Positions 29,817 to 39,989 of a stretch of DNA of 64,000 nucleotides are shown here, one piece after another. The translations under genes and the position numbers were made by a program. Source of the stretch: Myxococcota bacterium (GTDB lineage Bacteria > Myxococcota_A > SURF-8); contig CAXXQS010000001.1 of assembly GCA_963674735.2 (NCBI GenBank), forward strand, positions 1,888,001 to 1,952,000. The letters run 5' to 3'. The number at the start of each line of letters is the position of its first letter. Within the stretch, counting starts at the first letter, position 1. The notes below the pieces were generated by a model. That model saw only the letters and a program-made list of their open reading frames with translations, did no database searches and was not told the origin of the DNA.

Positions 29817-31742
29817 CTATTGCCTTATGTCATATCTACATTGTTTCGATCCATTGGAATCTAGGAGCACTTGTGCGCATTTCCTTCTTTTCTCGGTCTT
29901 ACGGTAATCCTCTGTATCCGAGCGTTTAAACACATCAGCGCCAAGTGCCTTTCGATAATAATCCAATGCCTTCTGCAGCATAGTCTTATCCCTACTGCTC
30001 AAGTATAATTCGTGATACAATAGGCCAAGGTTCGCTTGCACCCGGGCTAGATCTAGTACGTCACCTTCTTTCTGGTGATGGGCTTCAATAATTTGGTAAG
30101 CATCAAGGGCATTTTCCAAGTTTTCAATTTTTTCCGTTTTTTCGGTTAATGCACGCGCAAGGTGATGATGGGAAATCGCCAAATTCAGGACCGTCGCTAT
30201 ATAAGAGTGATAATTGTACTTTTCCAAGTGATCAGCAGCTAAAGCAGCCTTGTAAGCTTTTCCGGCTTTCAACATATCTTGAATAATTGCGCTAGCTTTT
30301 TCGGGATCTGCTTCAGCTTTTCTTCTCTCGGCTCGTATTGAGTATGCAACCCCAATATTAATCTGGTTGTGCACATGCGGAATGGGGTCTTCATTCAACG
30401 TTAAAGTTTCGAGCGCTTTTTCATAGCAGTCAATGGCTTCACTGAAATGATCCTCATTTTGGGTGACATAATAATAATTCTGGTAAACCATCCCCTTGAC
30501 AATATTCAAAATTCCATAATCAAGAGGAAAATCATTCAACCTGACACCAGAACATTCGCCTAACGTTTTCAGCGCCACCTGTAGAAGTTTATACTTCTTC
30601 GCATGATCATTTTCAAGCTTACTCAACTGGGTATAGCAAACCGCGAGATATGATCGTATTCTGATATGCTCGAGTCGATGCTCTTCTTCTGACAGAATAT
30701 CCTCGGCTCGTTCAAAGCACTCGATGGTCTCATTTAATAGGTCATTTTTTCGTTTTGTACTTGAATCCGGGATAATAAGAAACAAGCGCTGAAGAGTTCG
30801 CCCTTTGTAAACCTGTACTGTGGCATATTCTTTCGGGTAATTTTGCCTGGTTAAGATTTTGAGTGCTTCATCGTGGAGGCTAATAGCTTTTTGAACTTCT
30901 TCCGGATCACGGTTTAATTGTCCCAGTATTCCGGTTGCTCTGCCTAGGTATGTACGGGTGATTTCTGTTTCTTTGATTTGTGAGTCCTGATCCGTCTTTC
31001 CAATCAGAAGAAGTGCTTTTTCATGATGGAAATAGGACTTTTCAGCAAGGGAAGATTGGTTTTGGGCCTCCGTTAACAAATAGTAGGCTTTCCCGATGGA
31101 ATTATGTATCCTTATTTCATCAGCTACAGCTAAACCAACATTTTTCATTTTCAACGCACGCTTGTAGTGCCTAATGGCTTCATTCGCATAATTGATTCTG
31201 GCGCGTAAGTTTGCACGAAATAAGTAAGCATCCCCTAGCATACGCTCACATTGATATTTGGTTTTATCTTTTACCGCTTCTTGACCGGCAATCGATTTGA
31301 TAAGATGAATGGCTTTGCTAAGATGAAGTTCACTGTTTTCCAATGAAGCTAGCTTAATCAAGCATTCTGCTTGGTGAATACAAATTTCATTGTGAAGCCG
31401 ATCACTTTCATCGGATAGGATACATGCTTCTTTTAGTTTTCTTTTCTGGGTACCTATTAGGGATAATTGTTCATTAATCGTTTCAACTTTTTGTTTTTCC
31501 GTAAGATAGATTTCGTTTGTTTCATCCAAACGACATTCTATTTTAGCCACCTGCTTGTCGATCATTTCCAGTTGAATATTATTATCCTTATATTTCTTAA
31601 AAGGGTTGGTAATAAAGTATGCGACAAAAAAACAACCGAGAGCGCCAGCTGCCGCCATCAAAGCTTTCGTAAACAATTTGTTTATTCTTCCTAGCGCCTT
31701 ATCACTTTGATTGGCTTCTTTGGGCTGATCGCTTTCCGTCAT
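29817..31742 (-). CDS. Membrane-anchored TPR-repeat protein
   Basis: N-terminal TM, coiled coil, repeated AIxxYxxAL...N(L/I)G TPR units; AT-rich. Confidence 0.8.
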   Translation of the reverse strand: MTESDQPKEANQSDKALGRINKLFTKALMAAAGALGCFFVAYFITNPFKKYKDNNIQLEMIDKQVAKIECRLDETNEIYLTEKQKVETINEQLSLIGTQKRKLKEACILSDESDRLHNEICIHQAECLIKLASLENSELHLSKAIHLIKSIAGQEAVKDKTKYQCERMLGDAYLFRANLRARINYANEAIRHYKRALKMKNVGLAVADEIRIHNSIGKAYYLLTEAQNQSSLAEKSYFHHEKALLLIGKTDQDSQIKETEITRTYLGRATGILGQLNRDPEEVQKAISLHDEALKILTRQNYPKEYATVQVYKGRTLQRLFLIIPDSSTKRKNDLLNETIECFERAEDILSEEEHRLEHIRIRSYLAVCYTQLSKLENDHAKKYKLLQVALKTLGECSGVRLNDFPLDYGILNIVKGMVYQNYYYVTQNEDHFSEAIDCYEKALETLTLNEDPIPHVHNQINIGVAYSIRAERRKAEADPEKASAIIQDMLKAGKAYKAALAADHLEKYNYHSYIATVLNLAISHHHLARALTEKTEKIENLENALDAYQIIEAHHQKEGDVLDLARVQANLGLLYHELYLSSRDKTMLQKALDYYRKALGADVFKRSDTEDYRKTEKRRKCAQVLLDSNGSKQCRYDIRQ

Positions 31743-31822
31743 AACTGAATCCCTTCTTACTACCGCCGAATAGGAAACTACCCCAAGTTTTTTTATTCAG
31801 AAATATTGTAGGCTTATTCTTC

Positions 31823-31854
31823 AAGTATAACATAAGTCCTTATTATGTATACTT
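31823..31854. promoter_or_regulatory. Palindromic site ACATAA-N7-TTATGT overlapping an extended -10 (TGTTATACT, minus strand)
   Basis: AAGTATAACATAA-GTCCTTA-TTATGTATACTT, about 80 bp upstream of the TPR gene start. Confidence 0.5.
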
Positions 31855-31867
31855 TAATTTTAGACAC

Positions 31868-31896
31868 AAAAAAACCCGACTCCTTGCGAAGCCGGG
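31868..31896 (-). terminator. Rho-independent terminator after the S33 hydrolase gene
   Basis: CCCGGCTTC-GCAAG-GAGTCGGG followed by T7 on the minus strand. Confidence 0.75.
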
Positions 31897-31917
31897 CGGG
31901 GAAAGAGGCGGGATTGC

Positions 31918-34371
31918 TTATGGGTCGAGGCGCCAGCGTTGGGCGGCCTCGGGGGTAAAGGTCGGCAGGTCGGGACGACGGTAGGCGCGATACGGGGCCT
32001 GCGTTTTGAATGGCACCGGGCTGAGGGAATCCTGTCCGACCGTATCCCAATCCGCGCAATCAAACTCCGAGCCGCCGTGCTGGTAACAATAGCAGGCTCC
32101 CTCATTGGCCAACACCTGACCGATCAAGGCCGAGTCGGTGGTCATGGGAAGATTGGCGGCGATTTCGAACGGCTCTCCCTGCACAAACTCGCTGTTGTTC
32201 TCCACACACACCCACAAAGACGGGGTGTAATCGCCCTGGGTGAGGATGGCGGTCGGGCACATGCGCACATAACGGTTGCTGCCGACGGTTTTGTCGTTGA
32301 CCTCCGATAAGTAGGCGAAAAAGCCGCCCGTTTCCGGATCGTAATCCAAACGGTTCTCTCCGGCCGTTTTCAAGCTTTCCAGCCGCTCGATGCCGATATT
32401 GGTTTCCATGTACTTCATGCTAATCTGATTCGGCGCCACTTGATTCAAGCTGCCATAGCTGGTCACCGTCACGATCGGCGTCCCATCCTGAGCGGATCGC
32501 GTAACGGCGGCGATGGCATAGCTGCCGTAATCGTGTGTCTCGCCATCTAGCGTAACCTGAACCTCACCGGAGCCGGGTTGACCGTCCGCCAACACCCCGT
32601 CAAGAATGAAAGTCAGCGAATTGGCGGCCTGCGGAGTCAGAAAATCATCCGGCAGGCTGCAGCTCAGTTCCAGAACCGACGTTTCCCAGGCATCTTCGAT
32701 ACCCAAGTAATAGTTGTTGTAGGCCGGATTTCCCGCGAAATCGATCTCGCGCAAGTCGTTTAAACAACTCGTGTCGGGCGCGGCTTGCGGATTGTCCATG
32801 AACGACAGCATGATCTGCAGACCGCAGTCGCGACTGTTTTCGCTCTGTACGGGCGATTGCGTCAGCACGCCGTGGTTGGCGAAGGGAATCTCGACGAAGG
32901 TCTGATGCTCACCGGTGAGAGCATCCCGCGCCGCAACGGCCACCTCGATGGGGGTTTGCAGATCGAGGGTTCCGTTCATCGATAAAATCGGCACACTGGG
33001 GTCGGCCCAAAGCCCCCAATAGTCGTCGGGTGTGTAAGTCGGCCAGAAGTCGGCCAGACTCATCAGCCGTTCACCCAGGTAGTTGTTGGTCAACATATCG
33101 TTGCGCATGTCTTCCAACTCCGCCACCGTCAGCGGTATTTCGCTCAGCATCTCGGATAGGATAATGTGATTACCCAAAGCATATCCGTATTGACGATCCG
33201 CGAACGACACCTCACCTCCGAAAATCTTGAAAATGGCGTTGACAATTGCCGCCACATCATCCTCGTTGCAACGCGCCAACCGATAGTAAAGTGCCGGAAC
33301 GAGCACCCGCGAGTTCCAGTCGCGTCCCAAGGTGAAAGACGCCATTTGAATGTATTGCATGGTGATGCCGTAGGAATCGGTCAGCACCGAACAATGCCCA
33401 TCGCGAAAGTCCGCCAGAGCTTGCTCGGCTGTCGCGGCCGGATCGGAACCGAGTTTTTCGGAACAGAAGTCGTCTTCGGCGCACATATCGAAAAGTTTGC
33501 GCGTGGTCGCATCCGCGTAAACGTCGTAGCGATCGAGATAGGTGGGAATCGAAGGCGGCACCGAGTCCAGCACGACCCCTTCACTTTGCTCGGGAAAGAG
33601 TTGGGCATAGCGATGCCCCCAGTAGGAGCCATAGCTGCAGCCGTAAACGATCACATCCTTGGTTTCTTCCCGCGCCAGTTCAACCAGGTATCCGACATCA
33701 ATTGCGGCCTGGGTGGTGGTAAAGGCATGCAACGGATACCCCCAATCCGATTGCAGCCAATCCACGCACTGCGTCCACTCGGAATTGGAAAGGCCGAAAC
33801 CGTTCTCCGAATCGTCGGCCTCGTATTGCGGACAGCCGATTCGCGTCGAAAAACCCACTCCCCGGTGATCGAGAAGGTAGATATCCGCCTTGGGATCGGC
33901 CTGATTCAGCAGATCCGCCAACCAGGCTAACCCCGTACTCCCCGGTCCGCCCGGACCGCCATGCAGCAACCAGATCTGCCGCGTCGCGTCGGCGGACTGC
34001 CTGAGACGTTTCACGCGAACGAGCAAGGTCTGGCCTTCGACGTCATACCAGTCCACCGGCATCGGGACATCGGCACATTCGGCATCGCGCTGCTGAGCGG
34101 AGGTGCTGCCTTCGTAGAGGGGACAATCCGCCCATTCGATCTCCGCCTCAAGCAAGGCCTGCGGCAAAACGAAGGGCCCCGGAACATCGCCGTCGGGGTC
34201 GTCGCCGTCGGGGTCGTCACCATCGGGCTCATCGCCGTCGGGACTATCGCCGTCAGGGCTATCGCCATCCGGATTTCCATTGCCTTCAGAATCCCCCCCG
34301 CAAGCAATGAGCACCAAGCTCATGACAATCAACGAAGTCCATCTTAAAATCCAGAAGCATCCCTTGCGCAT
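31918..34371 (-). CDS. Alpha/beta hydrolase lipoprotein (S33/TAP-like peptidase) with PDGD linker and extra C-terminal domain
   Basis: Start MRKGCF after AGGAG; LIAC lipobox; LLHGGPGG, DHRGVG, GCSYG, DLQTP, ANHGV. Confidence 0.85.
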   Translation of the reverse strand: MRKGCFWILRWTSLIVMSLVLIACGGDSEGNGNPDGDSPDGDSPDGDEPDGDDPDGDDPDGDVPGPFVLPQALLEAEIEWADCPLYEGSTSAQQRDAECADVPMPVDWYDVEGQTLLVRVKRLRQSADATRQIWLLHGGPGGPGSTGLAWLADLLNQADPKADIYLLDHRGVGFSTRIGCPQYEADDSENGFGLSNSEWTQCVDWLQSDWGYPLHAFTTTQAAIDVGYLVELAREETKDVIVYGCSYGSYWGHRYAQLFPEQSEGVVLDSVPPSIPTYLDRYDVYADATTRKLFDMCAEDDFCSEKLGSDPAATAEQALADFRDGHCSVLTDSYGITMQYIQMASFTLGRDWNSRVLVPALYYRLARCNEDDVAAIVNAIFKIFGGEVSFADRQYGYALGNHIILSEMLSEIPLTVAELEDMRNDMLTNNYLGERLMSLADFWPTYTPDDYWGLWADPSVPILSMNGTLDLQTPIEVAVAARDALTGEHQTFVEIPFANHGVLTQSPVQSENSRDCGLQIMLSFMDNPQAAPDTSCLNDLREIDFAGNPAYNNYYLGIEDAWETSVLELSCSLPDDFLTPQAANSLTFILDGVLADGQPGSGEVQVTLDGETHDYGSYAIAAVTRSAQDGTPIVTVTSYGSLNQVAPNQISMKYMETNIGIERLESLKTAGENRLDYDPETGGFFAYLSEVNDKTVGSNRYVRMCPTAILTQGDYTPSLWVCVENNSEFVQGEPFEIAANLPMTTDSALIGQVLANEGACYCYQHGGSEFDCADWDTVGQDSLSPVPFKTQAPYRAYRRPDLPTFTPEAAQRWRLDP
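34186..34272 (-). repeat. Six 15-bp coding tandem repeats (PDGD-x)
   Basis: PDGDSPDGDSPDGDEPDGDDPDGDDPDGD. Confidence 0.9.
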
Positions 34372-34909
34372 GGCGACTCCTTTTCTTCTGCGGCCATAAA
34401 TTTTATCGGCAATCGTCGGTACTGACTTCATTCCCAGCAGCAACTCACCAAGATCTTCCACGATCGAAATGAAAGACATGAACTCCCACAACCGTCGTTT
34501 CACTGAGTACTTCGCCCTTTACCGAACTGACGAATCCACGAAATGAAGGTTTATTTTCTTTTTTATATCGTGATCAGCAGGCTTCATCCAAATAAAATTC
34601 GTTTCATATATGGTTATACCGCTCTTTACTAAAGAGCACCTATCCATACACCAGACAACTACCATATTGTTATTACTGGAATATTTTTGCTTTACAGGCG
34701 GCACTTACACAGCATGAACGGATATTGAGAACATACGTGAGAGCATCTGTGCATGCTCTTCACGATTTTGTGCTCGCATTCTGGTAACGCTTCACAAGCG
34801 AAAACGTCCTCCTTACTAGAACGCCGCTCTTTCGGTGTCTGGCAAACAGGGGCGACAAATGACAGGCAATTCTGCTCGACCCCATGGATTTTTTAAGGAG
34901 GTTCTCATC

Positions 34910-35206
34910 ATGAAAAAAGTACTGCTTCTAACTACCCTGATGCTGGCTCTCACGCTCCCCGTTCTCGCCGCCGACAACAACGACCGTCCACGCCGCCAAG
35001 GTCCGCCCCCGGAATCGCTGGACGCCTGCGCGGATCTGCAAGCCGGCGACAGCTGCTCCTTCACCTGTCCGGTGCGAGGCATGGAAATCGAAGGGGTCTG
35101 CGTAACCTCTCGACGCAGCGACGATCTACACTGTCGTCCGAACGATCCTCCGGGCGGCGGCCGCGGGAAAGGCCGAGGAAAAGGACGCGGAAACAACAGG
35201 AACTAG
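34910..35206 (+). CDS. Small secreted Cys-containing protein
   Basis: AAGGAGG RBS, signal peptide, GPPPESLDAC..GDSCSF..EGVC..LHCRP, GRG-rich tail. Confidence 0.75.
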   Translation: MKKVLLLTTLMLALTLPVLAADNNDRPRRQGPPPESLDACADLQAGDSCSFTCPVRGMEIEGVCVTSRRSDDLHCRPNDPPGGGRGKGRGKGRGNNRN

Positions 35207-35263
35207 CCGCGATTCTGTGATAACGTCTCCTCAGGCGACGATTGTTCACCTGAGGAGACACAC

Positions 35264-35764
35264 ATGTTTAAGCTATCCCCCAAAAGCCAGAAGTGGTTGA
35301 AAATCCTTCATCTTATCTTTGTTTCGGCTTGGGTGGGAACGGCGATTTGTCTCACGTCCATGTTGGCGACCTTGGATGCGAAAAGCGGACAAGAACTTTT
35401 GGGATATCTGAAAGCGATGAAATTCATCGATGATTTCATCATCATCCCAGCCGCCATGAGTTGCCTGCTGACCGGCCTGCTATACAGCACGGTCACCCAC
35501 TGGGGTTTTTTCAAGCATCACTGGATCACAATCAAATGGATCATTACGGTTTCCAGCATTCTTTTCGGCACCTTCTGGCTGGGTCCGTGGCTCAACAGTT
35601 TGCTGCCTATGGCCGATCGACTGGGCTTGGCGGCCTTCGCCGACGCCGAGTTCGTCCGAATTTACCACCTGGATATGAGGTTCGGGATCCTGCAGGTGGC
35701 CGCGCTGCTGTTTGCCGTCGTGCTGTCCGTTCTCAAACCCTGGAAAGCCAAACACACAAGTTGA
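35264..35764 (+). CDS. 4-TM membrane protein (DUF2269-like)
   Basis: WLKILHL, LTGL, WGFFKHHWITIKW, SVLKPW. Confidence 0.75.
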   Translation: MFKLSPKSQKWLKILHLIFVSAWVGTAICLTSMLATLDAKSGQELLGYLKAMKFIDDFIIIPAAMSCLLTGLLYSTVTHWGFFKHHWITIKWIITVSSILFGTFWLGPWLNSLLPMADRLGLAAFADAEFVRIYHLDMRFGILQVAALLFAVVLSVLKPWKAKHTS

Positions 35765-35895
35765 ACACTTCGATCCGGACCTCAAACGGTGCAAAATAGT
35801 CGGTTATCAGAAGACCTCTCAAATGGGCTTGCCGCCGGAACCCGATTCCGTTACTCTTGCTGGTGAGATTTTCAACTCAGCCATCAGGAGATGCC

Positions 35896-36252
35896 ATGCG
35901 TTGCGAAAAATGCGGAGCCGCCACAACGGAGCAGGAAGCACACAACCATGCCGGTCAGACCTTATGCGACGACTGCTACATGGACGCTCTTTCCCCCACT
36001 CGTACCTGCGACCCCTGGGCGGTGCATGCGGCCAAAGGGTTGGAAAAAAGCGATGGGCCTGTTTGCCTCACCCCGCGCCAGGAACGCCTGCTGGGCATTC
36101 TCAAACAAACGGGCGGTATCGCTCCCGGCAACTTAGCTGCGGAACTGGGCATCGAGATCAAAGAACTTGAGCGCGATATCGCCGCCCTGCGCCATATGGA
36201 AAAACTGCGCGGGGAAATGCGAGACGGGGTCAAACTGATTGTCCTCTGGTAA
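35896..36252 (+). CDS. Zn-finger + winged-HTH hypothetical protein
   Basis: CxxC...CxxC, CDPWAVH, LAAELGI..ELERDIAALRHM; AGGAG RBS. Confidence 0.7.
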   Translation: MRCEKCGAATTEQEAHNHAGQTLCDDCYMDALSPTRTCDPWAVHAAKGLEKSDGPVCLTPRQERLLGILKQTGGIAPGNLAAELGIEIKELERDIAALRHMEKLRGEMRDGVKLIVLW

Positions 36253-36286
36253 ACAAGACCCCCTCGTCATTCGCGAAGGAACAGAC

Positions 36287-36784
36287 ATGACCTCCCCCGT
36301 CTTTTGTCCGCAATGCGGCAAGAAACTGATGCCCGGAATGCACGCGGAACGCGAGCGTCTGGCCTGCCCCGACGCATCCTGCGGATATGTCTTCTGGGAC
36401 AATCCGATTCCGGTGGTGGCGGCCATCATCGAACAGAAGGGCAACGTACTCTTGGTACGCAATCAGGGTTGGCCGGAAAAGATGTTCGCGCTGGTCACCG
36501 GATTTCTCGAACGCGATGAGAGCCCGGAGGAAGGCTGTCTGCGTGAAATTGCGGAAGAAACGGGACTCCGTGCTGAAATCACCGAATTGGTCGGAGTCTA
36601 CCCTTTTCTTCCGATGAATCAAGTCATCATCGCCTATGCCGTCAAGGCACAGGGCGAGGTGATATTAGGAGAAGAACTCGCGGATTTTCGCTGGATCCCG
36701 ATCGAAAAAGTGCGGCCGTGGCCACAAGCGACCGGACAAGCGCTTGCTCGCTGGCTGGAGAAACAAGGAGTGGATAGAGCCTGA
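36287..36784 (+). CDS. Nudix hydrolase with N-terminal zinc ribbon
   Basis: FCPQCG..C..CG; GFLERDESPEEGCLREIAEETGL Nudix box. Confidence 0.88.
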   Translation: MTSPVFCPQCGKKLMPGMHAERERLACPDASCGYVFWDNPIPVVAAIIEQKGNVLLVRNQGWPEKMFALVTGFLERDESPEEGCLREIAEETGLRAEITELVGVYPFLPMNQVIIAYAVKAQGEVILGEELADFRWIPIEKVRPWPQATGQALARWLEKQGVDRA

Positions 36785-36807
36785 TTTCGATCCACAGCAG
36801 GATTCGA

Positions 36808-37026
36808 TCAGCCTTTTTCCAAAATAACTTTGGCCTTGCTCTGATTGTTTGGAAAGAGATCCGAAGGCACACGGCCTTTTCCCTTGGCTTTGAAAATTAT
36901 ATACCGAGCGCAATTACTTTTATCGCCTTTGCAATATTGCCGTTTGTAGGAATTCGCCAAGGCGGGCATGTTGGCCATCTTGTCATTGAAGAAAATGCAA
37001 CCGGGAATACATTCACAATCAGCCAT
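36808..37026 (-). CDS. Small 4-Cys-type hypothetical protein
   Basis: MADCECIPGCIFFNDKM...YC...CAR...VPSDLFPN; GGAG RBS. Confidence 0.7.
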   Translation of the reverse strand: MADCECIPGCIFFNDKMANMPALANSYKRQYCKGDKSNCARYIIFKAKGKGRVPSDLFPNNQSKAKVILEKG

Positions 37027-37182
37027 GATAGTCTCCAATCATGATAAGGTTCAACCCAAACGCCTCAATTCTCATATCGGTCATTGTCTTTTTTATTTTA
37101 CCATTGTTTCAACCAAGTAGTGTTTTCAACTAAGAAGTAAACAGATGGGTTTTTACCTTGAATTTTGAATCAGGGGAAAAAG

Positions 37183-37845
37183 ATGTCTAAAAGCGGAACG
37201 TTTAACTACAACGCCGACGTCGCATCCATCTACGACGACATCGCTCGTCGTTGTTGGTCGCACAGTGCGGAAATCATATTCGGTTTGCTCTATGAATGGA
37301 TTGAACCGGGGCAACGGATGCTGGATATCGGCATCGGCACCGGTTTAAGCGTCCGGCCTTTTCTCAAAGCCGGGCTTTCGGTCCATGGTTTGGATAATGC
37401 GGAAGCGATGCTGGCTCGCTGCCGGGAAACGCTTCCCTGCAAAGAGCTGCTTCTACACGATCTCACCCAATTCCCCTACCCTTTTCCAGACCGGCACTTT
37501 CAGGTTGTCACCTGCATCGGTGTTTTTCACTTCATTAAAGATCTCTATCCCGTTCTCGCCGAAGCGGCACGCCTGCTTCCGCCCGACGGCGTCTTCGGTT
37601 TTACCTATGCCGTTCGTCCGCTGACGCTCGATAAAAACAGTACGGACGTCATCCCGGGACGCATCTCGACTCAAACGGACCCGGAAAGCGGAACCCGGCT
37701 CTACGCGCATTCCGAAACCTACCTGGAGCGGGGATTGCAACGCGCCGGTTTTCACTTGGAGAAACAAACGGACTTTCTGGCATCCAAAGCCGACACCCCG
37801 GAGAAGAACGTTTACATGCGGGCCGTAACGGCAAAACGAAGCTGA
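37183..37845 (+). CDS. Class I SAM-dependent methyltransferase
   Basis: MLDIGIGTG, GLD..EAML, LLPPDGVFGF. Confidence 0.88.
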   Translation: MSKSGTFNYNADVASIYDDIARRCWSHSAEIIFGLLYEWIEPGQRMLDIGIGTGLSVRPFLKAGLSVHGLDNAEAMLARCRETLPCKELLLHDLTQFPYPFPDRHFQVVTCIGVFHFIKDLYPVLAEAARLLPPDGVFGFTYAVRPLTLDKNSTDVIPGRISTQTDPESGTRLYAHSETYLERGLQRAGFHLEKQTDFLASKADTPEKNVYMRAVTAKRS

Positions 37846-37998
37846 TTCGCCGAAGCCATGCCGTTGGGTCGCCTCTGATTTTGCAGGCACGAGTCGTCGG
37901 AAAAGGCTAGACAAACTCACCTACCTCTAATAGTATTAAGGTTTGTAGGTGCAGTCTTTCCGTGTCACGAAAAACCGGACAAAAGGAGTCGTTTCATC

Positions 37999-39963
37999 AT
38001 GTTTCTGCGACCTGCTCTGCAGCGTTTTCTGGTGGTTGGTTTATTGATCTGCTTAGCCCTTTCCGTCGCCTGCAACAGTTCCGAAGATTCCAACGGCGAA
38101 GAGCCCGTTTTCGATGGCGACGTCGGCGGCTCCGACCCCACCGATGGCGATACTCCCGTCGATGGCGACGACACGCCGCTTCCGGCATGCAAACCGATCT
38201 GCGAGCGCTATTGCGACCTGCTTAAACAATGCGACACAACCGGTGCCGTCGCTGGCGAAGTTTATGCCCAATGCAAGGAAAGCTGTGCGGCGATTCGACT
38301 GAGCGGCCAATACATACCCAACATTTCCTGTGGAGAAGAAGCCGATTGCGGCACCTTCGTCCGTTGCGACTCCAGTAATGGCGACCCCGATTTTCGCTGC
38401 GACACCGGCGATGCGCCCGATATCGACGGCGACAGCCCGCAACCCGACGGCGACCAGCCCCAAACCGACGGCGACCAGGAAGCGCAACCCGATGGCGACG
38501 AAGAAATTCCCGAAGGCGGATGCACCGCGGAAATCTTCTGTCCCGCCCAAACCAATTGCGATCCCGATTCCCACCTCTGCCTGCCGGACTGCGATCCGTA
38601 CGCCCCGAATTGCCACGGCGACCAGATCTGCAAAATCATCACCGAACCGGCCCCCTACGGATTGGGCAAAGGCGTCTGTATCGCCGACCCCGGAGAAGGC
38701 GGACTGGAAGGCGAGATCTGCAATCCCGGCCGCCCGTGTCGCCCCGATTTCGTCTGCGGGGACGCCAGTTTCTGTGAAAAACCCTGTAATCCCAATCTTC
38801 CGGACGACGCCTGCACCGACGGTCTGCGCTGCCGCTATAGCGACTCGGTCGGAATCGGCACTTGCGCGTTCTGTCACCTCGGCTATCCCTGCACCCAGAA
38901 CAAAAAGTGCCTCAACGGCTACTGCCGCTACGGTCAGGAATGTGAAAGCTCCGACACCTGCCCCAACGGCGAGAGCTGTTTCAACGGTTACTGCGACGAC
39001 AACTGCACGGTCACCGGCTGCAATCCCGGCACCTGCGATGCCGACAGCGGTTTCTGCTATGCCGATATCTGCGACAACGGATGCGACAGCGGCGAATGCT
39101 GCAACCGCACAAGTTGCGGTCCCTGCTGCTCTCCCGCCTGTCCGGCAGGCCAAGTCTGCGACTACGATCCCAGCTGCGGCAACGAGCTTTCGTGCTGCGT
39201 CGACCGCACCGACTGCCGCGACATGCCCGACAACTTCTGCAACGGCATTCCCTGCGACCGCGAAACCGGCGGTTGCCGGGGAGCCTGTCCGGCCAGTTGT
39301 CCATGGAACTACGTCTGCGGACAATGGAGCGGCTTCGAATGCGTCCCGACCTCTCCCCAGAGCTGCGATGAGCCCATCGGCGGCGATTGCCCGACCTGCA
39401 CGGCCTGCGATTTCTGGGGCTCGAAACAATGTGTTGCCACCGGAACCTGCGGCATCAGCTGCATCCCGCGTGGAATCGCCTGCACCCCCACTCCCGGAAC
39501 CAGCTTCCTTTCCTGCTGCGACGATCAGGTCTGTTGCACCGCCTCCAGCGGCAGCAAGGTCTGCTGTCCGCCCGGCTGGTGCCAGGTGGGAGTCGGATGC
39601 GTCGACCCGGATGCCGACGGCGATGTGACGGAAGATTACACCTGCCCCGAGTGCGACAGCATGGCGGGCAACTGGTGCAAAGATCCATCCGCCACCTGTC
39701 CTTCGCCATGGGAAGAGCTGATCGTGCGCCGTATCAACTCCTACCCGTGTTTCTTCGTGCTCTACCATACCGCTTACGAGTTGGACAACCTGCTGACGGA
39801 CACGGAGTATTGCGACAGTCAGGCCTTGCACTTCTACGACAGTCCGGGGTATGACGAATGCGCGTTGTATTGGGATCGTCCCAATGATCGATACACAGTC
39901 AAATGCCGACAAGGAACGACCTCGTGCAGTGCCGCGTTCAGCCAAAGCTACTGCAGCAAGTGA
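37999..39963 (+). CDS. Cys-rich lipoprotein A with DGD linkers
   Basis: SVAC lipobox; DGD blocks between densely Cys-rich modules; AGGAG RBS. Confidence 0.85.
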   Translation: MFLRPALQRFLVVGLLICLALSVACNSSEDSNGEEPVFDGDVGGSDPTDGDTPVDGDDTPLPACKPICERYCDLLKQCDTTGAVAGEVYAQCKESCAAIRLSGQYIPNISCGEEADCGTFVRCDSSNGDPDFRCDTGDAPDIDGDSPQPDGDQPQTDGDQEAQPDGDEEIPEGGCTAEIFCPAQTNCDPDSHLCLPDCDPYAPNCHGDQICKIITEPAPYGLGKGVCIADPGEGGLEGEICNPGRPCRPDFVCGDASFCEKPCNPNLPDDACTDGLRCRYSDSVGIGTCAFCHLGYPCTQNKKCLNGYCRYGQECESSDTCPNGESCFNGYCDDNCTVTGCNPGTCDADSGFCYADICDNGCDSGECCNRTSCGPCCSPACPAGQVCDYDPSCGNELSCCVDRTDCRDMPDNFCNGIPCDRETGGCRGACPASCPWNYVCGQWSGFECVPTSPQSCDEPIGGDCPTCTACDFWGSKQCVATGTCGISCIPRGIACTPTPGTSFLSCCDDQVCCTASSGSKVCCPPGWCQVGVGCVDPDADGDVTEDYTCPECDSMAGNWCKDPSATCPSPWEELIVRRINSYPCFFVLYHTAYELDNLLTDTEYCDSQALHFYDSPGYDECALYWDRPNDRYTVKCRQGTTSCSAAFSQSYCSK

Positions 39964-39989
39964 TAGAACCGAATTCAAGGCTAAAAACG

